DNA of 64,000 nt, taken from the human T2T-CHM13v2.0 reference genome, Homo sapiens. The notes beneath the pieces were generated by a model that worked only from the letters and a program-made list of their open reading frames with translations, had not been told where the DNA came from and did not search any database. Where the stretch lies: NCBI RefSeq assembly GCF_009914755.1, contig NC_060929.1; one strand, 5' to 3'. The position numbers and the translations under genes were made by a program. Below, one piece after another: positions 1-12,099 of the stretch (positions are counted from its first letter, which is position 1; the number at the start of each line of letters is the position of its first letter).

Positions 1-357
1 AAATATCTTTCAAAAATAAAGGAAAAATAGTATTATTTTCAGACACACAAAAGCTAAAAGGATTCACCACCAGATCCATCCCACAAGAAAAAATCTTAAA
101 GGTAGTGTTTAGGCAGAAAAAAAAATGATGCCAGATAGGAAAAAAAAAAAAAAAGATGTACAAAAAGGAATTGAGGAAGACTAGCAATGGCAACTGCATG
201 GGTAAATATACCATTTTTTTCCTTATTATTTAAATTTATTTAAAAGATAATTGAGTGTTTAAACAAAGAAATAGCAATACAGTATACAGTTTAAAACACA
301 GGAGAAGTAAAACATGGAAAAACCATACTACAAAGACCAGGAGGGAAGAAATGGAAG

Positions 358-1050
358 TGGGATGGACTGAATATTTGTACTCTTGTACTCCAAAGTTCAT
401 ATATTGAAGCCCTAACTCTTAATGTGATGATATTAGGAGGTGGGGCCTTTGGGAGGTAATTAGGTTTAGATGAGGTTATAAAGCTCTATCTCCTTAATGG
501 GGTGAAGGTGAAGCCCCATGATATTAGTGCCCTTATAAGAAGAGAGACACCATAGATTCATCTCTCCACCATGCAAGGATACAGCAAAAGGCAAGTCAGG
601 AAGAGGGCCTGACCAGGAGCTGACTTGACCAGCACCTTGATTTTGGACTTTGTTCATAGCCACCAGAACTGTGAGAAATAAATATCTGCTGTTTAAGCCA
701 CCCGGTCTATGATATTCCTTTTTTTCTCTCTTTTGAGACAGAGTCTCACTCTGTTGCCCAGGCTGGAATGCAGTGGCGTGATCTTGGCTCACTGTAACTT
801 CTGCCTCCCAGGTTCAAGGGATTCTCAGCCTCCCAAGTAGCTGGGATTACAGGTGTGTCCCACCACACCCAGCTAAGTTTTGTATTTTTAGTAGAGGCAG
901 GGTTTCACCATGTTGGCCAGGCTGGTCTTGAACTCCTGACCTGAAGTGATCCTCCTGCCTCGGCCTCCCAAAGTGCTGGGATTACAAGCCTGAGCCACTG
1001 TGCCTGGCCATTCTATGATATTCTGTTATAGCAGCCAGAGCAGACTAACT
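358..1050 (+). mobile_element. MLT1A-like MaLR solo LTR, split by an Alu
   Basis: Starts tgggatggactgaat...aatgtgatgatattaggaggtggggcctttgggaggtaattagg and ends gtttaagccaccc...ttatagcagccagagcagactaa, typical MLT1A/B termini. Confidence 0.85.
718..1009 (-). mobile_element. AluS (Sx/Sz-like)
   Basis: Full dimeric Alu in reverse with poly-T at the left. TSD tctatgatattc at 706-717 and 1012-1023. Confidence 0.95.
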
Positions 1051-3247
1051 CTTAATACAACTAAGGAGATAAATGAAAACAATAAAAAATTAAATAGGTT
1101 AATAAATTATCTTAAAAAAACAAAGGAGAAGAGAAGAAAAAGAGAACAAAGAAGCAATGGGGAAAATAGAAAACAAATAAGATAATGAATGTAAACCTAA
1201 CCGTACCAACAATCACATTAATTGCAAATCACCTAAATACTCCAATTAAAAGACAAACATTGTTGGACCCAAGTAAATTCCACCCACAAGAAACTTACTT
1301 TAAATATAAAGACACACATAGATTAAATTTAAAAGGATGAAAAAAGGCATGCCAAGATACCAGCTACTATGTTACTACTATATCATAAAGTGAAATAGAT
1401 TCCTAAACAGCGAAGTGCTATAATGGATAAAGAAAATTATTTCTTAATTATAAAGGGGTCAGTTTATTAAGATGATACATAAATTCTAAACAGTAATTCA
1501 CCTAATAACAGAGCATCAAAATACATGAAGCAACTGATAGAACTTCAAGGTGAAATAGAAAAATCTACATTGTCATGGGGATTTCAACACCCCTCTCTCA
1601 GTAATTGATAAAACAAGATGACAAAATTTAGGAAGTATTCAGAAGATTCGAAAACCAGTTTTAACCCATTGACCTGATTGACATTTGTAGAACAGCAGAA
1701 TACAAATTTCACATTATTTTCAAATGCACACTGGACATGTAGATCATATTCTGGGCCATAAAATAAGTCTTAATAAAGTTATAAAGGATTCAAGTCATAA
1801 GAAGTATGTTCTCCAGAGCCAGTGTAATTGAATTAGAAAAAAATGACAGAAGTATTTCTGGAAAATCCCCAAATATTTAGAGATTGAATAAGATACTTCT
1901 GAATAATCTGTGGATCAAAGAAAAAATCAAAAGAGAAATTAGGAAACATTTGAACTAATAAAAAAGAAAAAAATACATTTTAATTTTTGCAATGCCACTA
2001 GAGCAGTACTGGTGGGGAAATTTCATCACTAAACATCTACTTTATAAAAAAGGAAAGTTCTCAAATCAATGATCTTAAGTTCTACCTGAAAAAATCTAGA
2101 AAGATAAGAGCAGCTAAAACTCAAAGTAAGAAGAACAAATGAAATAATAGTGATCAGAGCAGGAATCAATGAGATAGAAAACAAAAATACAATAGAAAAA
2201 ATTTACCAAGATTGTAAGCCTGTTCTTAGACAAGCTCAATAAAACTGATAAACCTCTAACCTGAATAATCAAGATAAAAAGAGAGTTATCAGTGAGTACC
2301 AACTACCAACATCAGAAATAAAAGAGGTGGTATGATTACAAATTCTACAAATGTTAAAATATAATAAGAGAATATTATAAACAACTGTATGCTGATAAAT
2401 CTAAAAACTTAGCTAAGATAGGTAAATTTCTTGAAAGACAACATATTCCTTCACAGAAGAAGAAATGAATAACCTATATAGTCATATATTTGTAGATTTA
2501 ATAATTAAAAGTCCCCCCTCCCTGACAATCCCCTTTCCCAAATTTTTGTGTCTAGATGGCTTTACTGGTGAATTCTACAAACTGTTGGAAGAAACAGTAC
2601 CAATTCTATAAAAGTTCTTCCAGAAAACTGAAAAGACAGTAATAGTTCCCAACTCATTCTATGCTGCCAGAATGTTATTCTGATACCATAACCAAAGACA
2701 TTGAAAGAAACTACTAATCCAGATTCCTCATGAACATAGATGCAAAAATTCTAAACAGAAGTTTAGTGAATCAAATCCAATAGTAGATAAAAAGAATAAT
2801 ATGTCACGATCAAGTGATGTTTATCCCAAGAATGCAAGCTTGGTTAAGCATTCAAAAGTCAAGTCATGAACCCTTTCAATGAACCTATTCTGTGTTGTTT
2901 CAATAGATGTGGAAAAATTATTTGACAAAATCAAGTATCCCTGATTTTTAAAAAAATTCTCATCAAACAAGGAGTAAAATGGAGCCTATCAAAAAGGCAC
3001 AGTTAAGAGTGAAAGACTGAATGCTTTCCCCTCAAGATCAGAAACAAAATATAGATTTCTGGTTTTGCCACTCATATTCTATTCAACATCATATTGGAGG
3101 TCCTAGCTAGTATACTAAGACAAAAAAAAAAAAAAAGAGTGCCTATGATATGGTTCCATTTACATAAAGTTCTGGAAAATGCAAACTAATCCATAGTGAC
3201 AGAAAGCAGATTAGTGATTGACTAGGATTCTGCCTGAGACCGTGATA

Positions 3248-3314
3248 GGAAGGAAGGAAGGAAGGAAGGAAGGAAGGAAGGAAGGAAGGAAGGAAGGAAG
3301 GAAGGAAGGAAGGA
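3248..3314 (+). repeat. (GGAA)16 microsatellite
   Basis: 16 uninterrupted GGAA units at 3248-3311, followed by gga. Confidence 0.99.
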
Positions 3315-3400
3315 TTACAAACGGGCATGATAAAATTTTGGGAGGTGATGGACTTGACAGGTTCATTAACTTGACTTTGGTGTTGATGACAGATGACATA

Positions 3401-3606
3401 CAGTTGACCAGCCATATCCATGGGATTGAAATAAAATGGCTCCATGGATTCAACCAACCAGGGATCGAAAATATTTAGGAAAAAAACAATAAAAAAAATA
3501 CAACAGTAAAAATAATACAAATCAAAACCTGTACAGTATGACAACTATTTTCATAGCATTTACATTGTATTGGGTATTATAAGTAGTCTAGAGACAATTT
3601 AAAGTA
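3401..3606 (-). mobile_element. MER2-like Tigger DNA transposon (partial)
   Basis: ta|cagttg terminus; atggattcaaccaaccagggatcgaaaatatt...acaactattttcatagcatttacattgtattgggtattataagtagtctagag matches the MER2 reverse complement. Confidence 0.75.
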
Positions 3607-3845
3607 CGTTGACCCTTGAACAACATGGGTTTGAAGTGCATGGGTCTGCTTACATGTCAATTTTTTTCGACTAAACTTGAATCAGAAATACAGTATTCAC
3701 AGAATGAGAAACCCTTGTACATATGGGAGACCGACTTTTCCTTTATGTGAGTTCCAAAAGCCTCACTGTGGGACATGAGTGAATAGATTTTGGTACCCTC
3801 GTGGGGGCCTGGAACCAATCCCAGGCAGATACCAAGGAACATCTG
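3607..3845 (-). mobile_element. MER8-like Tigger DNA transposon
   Basis: gttgacccttgaacaacatgggtttgaa...ccgacttttc...cctggaaccaatcccaggcagataccaaggaacatctg|ta matches the MER8 reverse complement and is TA-flanked. Confidence 0.75.
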
Positions 3846-4769
3846 TATGTCAAAATTATCAGATTGTATGCTTAAAATATATATAGTTTTTGTGTGTCAA
3901 TTATACCTCAGTCAAGCTGTTAAAAAATAAAGGGATGGATAAAGGGGAGAAAATGAGAAAGGGTTATAAATCCAAGGATCAGGGCATGGGGTAAACTACT
4001 TACAGTCTGGATTAGGAAACATAGAAACGAATTTATTAATTAATGTGCCAGATTGTGTCTAGTGTCTAAGTAATTTTCTAATAGGAAGTTAGGTATATAG
4101 GGTTGAAAATTATCTTTTTCTAGTCATCAGGGTGCCATTTAGTGGCTTCCTAGAAAACCAGCTATAATTGTAGTAATGCACTAATTGCCCATAGAGGAGC
4201 CAGTGACTCCCAGGGGACTCAGCACATCTCTCAAGACTTGGAGCATCTGCTGCTCAGCCAGAGGTCTCAGCAGCACGCAGAGGGAGTGACATGAAATCCT
4301 CAACGGCTTGTCCTAGTGAACCTGTACTAACTCAAAAATGTTAACTGGTTTCCCGAGTCTCTCACTGTGTATCCTGGGCCATCTCTAAGGCTGCCTACTA
4401 AGCAGAACTAGCCCAGCCATGGTAAAGGAGGTGGCCACAGCAGTCCTTCCTGCCCAACATTTATGGACCCCTGCACTGTTCTGACCACTGAGCTCCTTCC
4501 AGGGGAGCTGGATTTGGGGCTGTGGATAACAAGCTTGGTCCTGACTTCTGAGGCAGAATGGATTCATTATCACAGCTAGCTCTGGGCACTTTGGTAGCCT
4601 TTTCCTACCAAATTATTTCTTGAGGTTAAAATATGCAAATAAGTACCGAGCTTATCTCCTTATCCCAATATATCTTAACCATTAAGCTTGACTTTGTGGC
4701 TGTTTATGTATGCATGCATTTTAGATATCATCTACTTCAGTCTTTCCACAAGTCAGACACTGTTTTCAG

Positions 4770-4955
4770 CAACAGGCATATTAACACACTTAATCCATAT
4801 AAGAACCCTGTGGGTAGGTAGTAGCATTATCCTCATTTAAAGATGAGAAACTGGGGTGCAGCAGAGGTTAAATAACTAGTCTAAGGTTTCAGAGTTAGTA
4901 ATAAACGATGGGGCCAGAATGTGAATGCAGGCATTTTAACGCAAGAGTCCACACT
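4770..4955 (-). mobile_element. MIR
   Basis: Core attatcctcatttaaagatgagaaactggg...aggttaaataact. Confidence 0.75.
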
Positions 4956-5804
4956 CAATTGATCATAATACTAATGAAACTGAGTGAGGGTGAGGAAATA
5001 ATTGGCCATGAGCCAATCTACTTTGCCCACTGAAAAACATTCTGTTTGGTGGTCACAGACTTCTTAAAATGTTTACTTATTGGTGACAAGCAGTATCAAG
5101 CAAAAGAAACAGAATGGCTCATTGTAAAGCTATCCTGATGACTAGAAAAACAGCCCCCAGCTCAATGTCAGCATTGTCATCGTCACCCAGTGGGCCTGGG
5201 TTTTCTTCCCTGTCATCTCTGCCCAAACTTTGCTCCTGTGAGGAGCGGGAGCCACAGGGTTAGTGGGAAAGGCCGGTTGTCCTGCATCAGCCAGTGGAGA
5301 ATTGTTGCCATTGTCCTAAGCTGTCAGAGAAAAGGCCCCCGCTGAGCTTTGTTCTGTGACACTTTGCCAGGAAAAGACACAGGAATCAGATTTTAGATCA
5401 AAATAAGGAAGAGCTAGAGGGAAACACTCCAATATTTCAACAGCAGGTATCTCTAGTTGGTAGTATTATGGATATTCTGAATGTTTCCCTTTATTCATCT
5501 GTATTTTCTACCGAAAACCTAAGTTAACATTATAACCTTTAAAGTGATAAATGTTGTAAAGACATAAGTAAGCATTTTCTGCCAGAGCTACCAAAGGATT
5601 GACTAGGCTGCAAAACTTAATAATGGGACTTAGGAAATGCACATACGCACACAAACTGTTCAGCTGGAAGGGATGAAGTTTGAATGAACCCCATCAGAGG
5701 AAATGACATTCCTTTAATAGGAGATAATCAAGCGTACGTCTAATGATTTCTTGATGGAAGTATAGTAGAGAAGATTCAAGCATCTGTCAGAGAGTCAGCC
5801 TAGG

Positions 5805-5910
5805 ACACTGCTACTCAAAATGTGGTCTGTGAACTGGCAGTGTAGGTATCTCCTTGGAGCTTGTTTGAAATATAGAATTTCTTGCCCTCACCCCAGGCCA
5901 CAAGAATCAC
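5805..5910. mobile_element. MER5A-like hAT-Charlie fragment
   Basis: cactgctactcaaaatgtggtc...ggagcttgtttgaaatatagaat...ccctcaccccagg. Confidence 0.6.
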
Positions 5911-6644
5911 CTGTAGATTTAAGTATTTGGCCTAGTTCAAACGTGGGGGCTTCTTATACAGTAGTGCTAGGTCCAGAGCAGGTTTAAGAACTGAATAAAC
6001 TTAGAATCTCCAGCTAGCAAGGGCTCCGGAAGGTCATCCTTGGGCCGGATGACCTTCCAGAGTCCTTGCCAGCTGGAGATTCTAAGTTTCTCAGCCCCCG
6101 GCAAGCCATTCACCACAAGGCCAGTCACGTGTTCCTTCTACCCTGGATGTAAAAATTCTGCCAGCCTGGCTACCTGGGGCATCCTTCCCTCTTGGAGCAT
6201 ATTTCATGGCTTTGACTCTCACCCAGATGGGACTTTCATCTGAGCATTCAAAGTATCTTCTCAACCTGCCCTGCCTCTGTCTTTGCCAGTGTTTCACTCA
6301 TGGGCCCACTGATGGCCTACCTTTGCAGGTTTACTTCTGCCTCAGTTCCATCTTAAGCCAATTCTGTTGGAATGGGAGGGAGAGCTACAACCTTAAGCCC
6401 CAGGGTGTGCAGCAGGTTTAGTTAAGCCCCATACCCAGTTCACAGTACAGGAGCGTAGTCACCCCGTGGTTCAGTAGAGGGCCGTGTGGGTGATCTATGA
6501 ATACTCGTGTTGTGCCTTAAAGTGCAGCAAGTGCTAACCTTCCTCGTCTTATATTGACCATGTGACTCTTCTTGTCTCCTATCCTGGGGTCTGATTAATT
6601 CATCTTCATTGTATACTTTAGAATCTTTCTAGAACCCAGGGGAA

Positions 6645-6860
6645 AGGAACTAGTTATATTTGAGCACCTATCCTGTGCTTGGGACTTTGCTTTGTCGTAT
6701 TTGGTCTTCACCATCACAACAAGAGGAAGTTTATAATGATCTATTTTACAGAAAAGAAAATCAAGGCCCAGAAAGAGTAAGTAACATACTCAATGTTGTA
6801 CAAACAGTAAGAGGCAGAAATTTGACCCCAGAGTCCTCTGATCCCAAATTTCTCTGTTGA
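6645..6860 (-). mobile_element. MIR
   Basis: tttgagcacctatcctgtgc...attttacagaaaagaaaatcaaggcccagaaagagtaagtaac. Confidence 0.65.
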
Positions 6861-7207
6861 TTCCATCATCCCACATAGCCTCCTAAACATTGCCAGTTGG
6901 CAGCAGGATGGCCCAGTGACCTGTCAGTTCTTGTCAGTCTGGCTCCATGGAACTGGAGAAGCTTGTGTAACAAAATGGAGATATTTGGCTTGTGTAACAA
7001 AATTCTGACATTCTGTCAGAATTCCAAGGTTTGTGAAAAACAAAGCAATGTGGTGGGGCTACAGAGTCATATATCAGATCACAGGCTTCAGAGAGCTACA
7101 TGACAGAGCCGCTCTAGAGAAGGAGAGGGGAAATGGTTGGAGAAAAGGAAGCTGGCAGGTGGCCACACCCTCCTTGGAAATTGTCATCGGTCTCCCCCGC
7201 CGTATTG

Positions 7208-7312
7208 GAAGCTCCAGAAAGACAGGGATTATGTATGTCTTGTTCACTACCATATCTATTGCAATTAGAATAGTAATTAAAACATAGTGGGTACTCAATA
7301 AATGAATGGATG
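7208..7312 (+). mobile_element. L2 3' end fragment
   Basis: aagctccagaaagacagggat...tgtcttgttcact...gtgggtactcaataaatgaatgga. Confidence 0.65.
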
Positions 7313-9049
7313 TGACCAACCCCTGCCCTTTGACCCCACAAATATTCAATAAAACTGCAAAAGTTATAATATACTCTGTGTGACTGAGTTTCTTGTAAAA
7401 ATTGATGAGGGATGGGGTATTGCACCTGGGTTAGTTCTGTGGGAACCTAAAATGCATACATAGATACAGTAGAGACAGAGAAAACCATAAAAAATAAGTC
7501 TGGAAATGTGTGCTAACTATGGTGTGGGTCTTCAAGTCTCTACTTAGGAGCTTACGGATATGAAGAAAGTTTTTCTACATCTCAGAGAGTGGGAAAGCCT
7601 GCAAGTGACTCCTGGAAGACCTCGAATAGACATATACTCCAGGCAACAACTACCTTCTTATCTTTTAAACACCAACCAACATGCTTGCCCTGCATGCTTA
7701 TCGGACCAATGCCAAGAGTTATCAAAATGAGGAGAGGAACTATGTTTCCTCTTGGGCATTAGACTTCAGCTTCCCTGCTACACCACTGGCATTCATTCTC
7801 CAGAAGGACTAGTTTAGCCCAGTTGCTGCTTAACTCTTGTACTCTCATCCATTTTGTCCCTAGTGATACCTGATGTTTTGAATCCAAAGAATCCAGGACT
7901 TTGACAAGGACCCTCATTCTTCTCTGGCTTTTGCATTAGCTGTACCAGGCCTGACTGATGGTCTGACTGTCCCATCCTTTGCTGCCCATAAACTGGTATT
8001 AGAAAGCACCTCAAGGTCTCAGGGACATAGGCTGCAGGTCTCTGCTCACTTCTCATGACATAATCATTGCTATATCAAGCATGCTCTTCCCCAGGCTTGA
8101 GACCTGCCCAAGGCTGGTGCTTCCCTTTCAAATCCTTCACACTTCTTGTGCACACAGATAGCATGTGCTCAGTAAGTGTGGCAGATCAAGGAGGAGTTGG
8201 ATTACTCTAATTTTAAAAGTCCTGTAGGGCAACAGTTATTTTCATATAACTTGTTATCACGTAGGGGGATCCTGAAGACAGGGGTGAAAGGTCTAACATT
8301 CCTTAGTTATGACTCTGCATAAATTTTGTGTGATCATATTTTCTTCTGAACCAAAGATTCCACATTCATTTAAATTCAGTGAGATCTCAGCAAAGAGAAA
8401 AAAAGAGTTACAGGGACATACTCCAGAGAAGACTCAAAATATAGCCCATGACTTTGTAAAAGGAAAAAGAAGTCATTATCATTTTTTTCTTATGTGCTGT
8501 ATAATAGGTCCACACCGATGATAAACTATAGCAGTGTTAATGAGATTAGATGTAAATGATAACTATTATGGATCATTATTATGGTTATTGTGATTTACAT
8601 GGTTCTATTCTTGATGTATTCAGTAATGTCTAGCGATTAAGAGATTGAAACTAGATCTCAAACATAAGGCTTTGGGTATTGAGAAAAAATCACATGCAGG
8701 AAGGCATTAAGGAGCAACTGGGGTTTTAAGCTGTAGAATTGACACATAAATGGATGTGGATTCCAGGAAGAGTGGCAATGCGGCAGAGGGTCTTAGTGAT
8801 GAGAAACGGTACAGTGCATTGCACACTGCTTTCCCCATTTCAGGGATAGAAAGGGAGGGTTCTTATCCTCAACCTCTGTTGTCCTCTGCCTCTTAATTGA
8901 CCTCCTGCCTTTAACCTCATACTGCCTCTTTTCAGAAGGTCTGTCCTGTGACCACCTTGAAATGCTATCTCCTCCCAATTTACTTTTTCCTTCCTGAATC
9001 ATACCCCTCCCACATCCCATATCCTGCTGGCTCTTTTCCTTTCTCCTAT

Positions 9050-9640
9050 CCTTTAAATACAGCCCTCTGCACGTTTCTATTCTCATCCGTCTGTTCTTTT
9101 CACTCTACACCTTTCCTCAGAGACGTTATTCACTACTAAGGGGTCAATTACCACTTTCAAATCTTTATTTCCTCCCCTAACTTCTCTTTCCAGGCAAGGG
9201 CACACATTGCCTACTTGATTTCCTACTTAATTTCCACAGATTTTGGCACTTGAAGTTCAAGATGCTTCAAGTTGAATTCTGTCCAAATTAGTTCCTTTTC
9301 CAGAAGTCTCTCTTTCTAAGCAAGGCACCACTGTTCTCTCCATTCTCAGCTGTCCTTCGCTCTCCATATCTGATCAGTCCTCATGTAATCTGCCTTTGAC
9401 CTTCAGAGTTCTCTCATCTATCCCATATTTCCATGCTTATTGCCATTGCCTGAGTTTAGACTGTTATCCTCCTTTATTTGGACAATGAAAATAGCTGCCT
9501 AATTGATCTCCCTGCCTTTAATCTCATACTGCCTCTTTTCATAAGATCTGCTCTCAAGTGAGCTTTTCTTTACTACTGCTGGGATTGTCTCATTCCCTTA
9601 CTCAAAACTCTTATGTCTCCTCATTACCCATTGACTAAAA
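9050..9640 (+). mobile_element. L2 fragment
   Basis: Pyrimidine-rich L2 body motifs (aatggcaccac-like aaggcaccac; ttggacaatgaaaatagctgcctaattgatctccctgcc). Confidence 0.5.
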
Positions 9641-9651
9641 AAACTTACACA

Positions 9652-10030
9652 CTCATTCATTGAACAAGTATTTATTGAGCACCTACTATGTGCCCTGCAT
9701 TCACTCAGTGCCAGGGTTTCAGCAGTGAACCAGACAGAAAAGATTCCTGTTTTCATTTGTCTTCTAGTAAGAAGATAGTAAACAGGTAAACAAACAAACA
9801 AGATAATTTAATGCTATGAAAAGAAATGAAATGTATGAATGCGCTAGAGGGTAAGCTGCAAAGGAGAGGTGGCACTGCTTTAACAGGTTGATCAAGCTAG
9901 ACCTCTAGAAGAAATAACTTTGATTAAAGACTTGAACAATGAGAAGGTTATACAGAGATCTGGGGGAAGAGCAGAAGAGCACTCCACATAGAGAGAACAG
10001 CACCTACAAATGCTCTGAGGAGGGAAGGTG
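9652..10030 (-). mobile_element. L2a 3' end
   Basis: cattcattgaacaagtatttattgagcacctactatgtgcc...cagcagtgaaccagacag...gatctgggggaagagc. Confidence 0.8.
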
Positions 10031-10876
10031 AATCATTTGTCATTCTTGCCCCTGTACTGTGTTTACCCAAGCTAGCATTTCAGTTTAATCTCCGACAAGT
10101 CCTCCACACAATACTCAGGTTCCAGCCAAGTTATTCTGCTTGTTGTTGTCCAAACATAGCTTTGCATTCCCGACCCCATTTTTTCTCAGTTTTTTTTCCC
10201 TTTCAGCTGGAAAGTTCTCCTTTTTCTTAACTATGACAATTTAAATCCAACAAAATGCAGTTCTGAGGCCACTTCTTCTGTGAAAGCATCACTGATCACA
10301 ACGAGCAAAAAGTTCACCCCTTCACTGAAATCGAACAGCGCACAATGGAACTTCTCCATCTTACTTGCCACCCAGACAGTTTTATAGAGAGCTGCATTCG
10401 TGGAGGAGGCATTGTAATCTGACATACGTAAGCCAAGTCAGAGCTTTCTCATGGAGAATGTGTCATAATGATGGTTATACTTCTAGCCAAGAACCTAATC
10501 ACTGAGGTATATAGAGAAATGTTCAGAAACAACAAATTTAAGGAACTCTGTCTAATAAATTCATATTCTACCTCAGAGCTATTTAAACCTTATTTTTTAA
10601 GCCATTGAACCTTGTCCCACAATAGCATATAACTATATTTTCCACTATAATGTTTTACTAAACATAAAAGCAGAGCTGATCGGGTTGAATCAGGAAAAAG
10701 AGACCCACAAGTCTCCCCACTCAGCATCTTTACCCTTCCCAAGCAATAGATCTTCCATCTCCACTCCTCACTTTCATTCCCTTAGCCCCGGAGAAATTAG
10801 TGGAACCCTAGGGTTTCAGGAGCATGATTCAATACAGCACAACCCTACCCAACACAAAACATATGTAAATCTTTAA

Positions 10877-10921
10877 CATATGTGATTAATAGCATATGTG
10901 ATTACATAGCATATGTGATTA
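10877..10921. repeat. Three-copy 16-17-bp tandem repeat (tagcatatgtgatta)
   Basis: catatgtgattaatagcatatgtgattacatagcatatgtgatta. Confidence 0.9.
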
Positions 10922-11099
10922 AGTTAATCAGATTTTAGATTTCTTTAGGAGAGCTCCAGTTGAGGCTTTGGGGATAGTGAGGCCATGGGAGGCCATTGCC
11001 ATAGGGTTCCACAGGAGTGAGCCAGCCAGAGAATTGAGAGGATGGATGTTTCTAAGCTCCTATTTGCATCCACCTTTGGTTAGCCAACTCTTTATTTTC

Positions 11100-11375
11100 C
11101 TTTGAGTCTCAGATATCATTTCTTCCTGGAAACCAGTCCTGAACCCAAGCCTGGGTTAGATTCTGCTGTTACAGGTTGGTACATTCCCCATGCACCTTCC
11201 CAACCACAGCTCCCTATTGTAACCGCTTGTTGCACTCTAATTGTAATAGGGCTCCTCCACCTTCTGCTTGCGAGCAGAGACTGTGCCCTCAACTGTTCAC
11301 TCAGGAACTCCCAGTGCCAATAATGCCTGGCACAAGGTAGGTGTTCTGTTATCTGTAGAATTAATGGATGTATGG
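11100..11375 (+). mobile_element. L2 3' end fragment
   Basis: tctcagatatcatttcttcctggaaacc...cccagtgccaataatgcctggcacaaggtaggtgttc. Confidence 0.55.
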
Positions 11376-11554
11376 AAATGGGTGAGAAGGCATTCAGGGC
11401 AGATGAAGGCCAGGAATGGGGTCTTACCATCCAGTGCCCACCTGCAGGCATACTGATGGTACGACAGTGAGTAGCCTGCTGCAGCGCTATAAGTAATTGT
11501 GGCTCTTGCATACCTGTTTTGCTTTCCTTCTAAACTGTAAGCCTATTGGAGACT

Positions 11555-11830
11555 CCGCCTACAGCTTCTATGTATGTCCTTTTAGGGAACATTTGCCGTT
11601 TGCTGCCTGGTATCCATTTCTCTTAGTCACTGTGGGCAAGTATTTCTCCACCTTTCTCAGTCATGTGTTGTCAATAGACTGGCCACACTCCTAGCTCCAG
11701 GATGAGTCCTAATTGCTTTAAGCCAATCAATATATCCTGTCATCAGCAGCCCACAGTGATCAGTTCAAGAAGGGGCACATAACCCAATTCGAACCAATAG
11801 CTGTCATCAGCTCTTAGCTGGGGCTGTAAG
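11555..11830. mobile_element. Old MLT1 (MaLR) LTR fragment
   Basis: taagccaatcaatatatcc...cccacagtgatcagttcaagaaggggcacataacccaattcgaaccaatag, an MLT1J/K-type motif. Confidence 0.5.
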
Positions 11831-11867
11831 AGGAGGAACTCAGCAAAGAAGTTACAAGAACAAAATT

Positions 11868-12060
11868 TAGCTCCAGACTGGGTTCCAGTCCTGGTTGCTC
11901 TCCAGCTAGCTGAAGATCTTTGGGGATGTTGCTTAACCTCTCTAAGTCTTGGTTTCTTCATCTGTAAAATAGGCATAATGAGATTGCAGTGGGGAGTATA
12001 CCTATAAATTGTTCAGAAAGGCACCTGACACAGGTCAATACATATAAGCAGTTGTTGTCA
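11868..12060 (+). mobile_element. MIR
   Basis: ctgggttccagtcctgg...ttgcttaacctctctaagtcttggtttcttcatctgtaaaatagg. Confidence 0.8.
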
Positions 12061-12099
12061 TTATTTCATAGGATATATTAATACCAGCATATAGATGTG

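Larger units (their letters stand above)
1..3930 (+). mobile_element. Old degraded LINE-1 (L1MD-like): ORF1 C-terminus, ORF2 EN/RT remnants and 3'UTR, interrupted by several insertions
   Basis: 1-100 resembles the ORF1 tail (SFKNKGKI..FSD..KL..FTTR). 1190-3120 is A-rich with ORF2 motifs (ggggatttcaacacccctctctcag = GDFNTPLS; attcaacatcatattggaggtcctagc = FNIILEVLA). 3143-3930 matches an L1MD-type 3' end ending tcaattatacctcagtcaagctgttaaaaaataaa. Confidence 0.85.

Noticed and set aside
3143-3544. ORFs with PSFL/RKEG repeats
   Set aside because: They are translations of the GGAA microsatellite.
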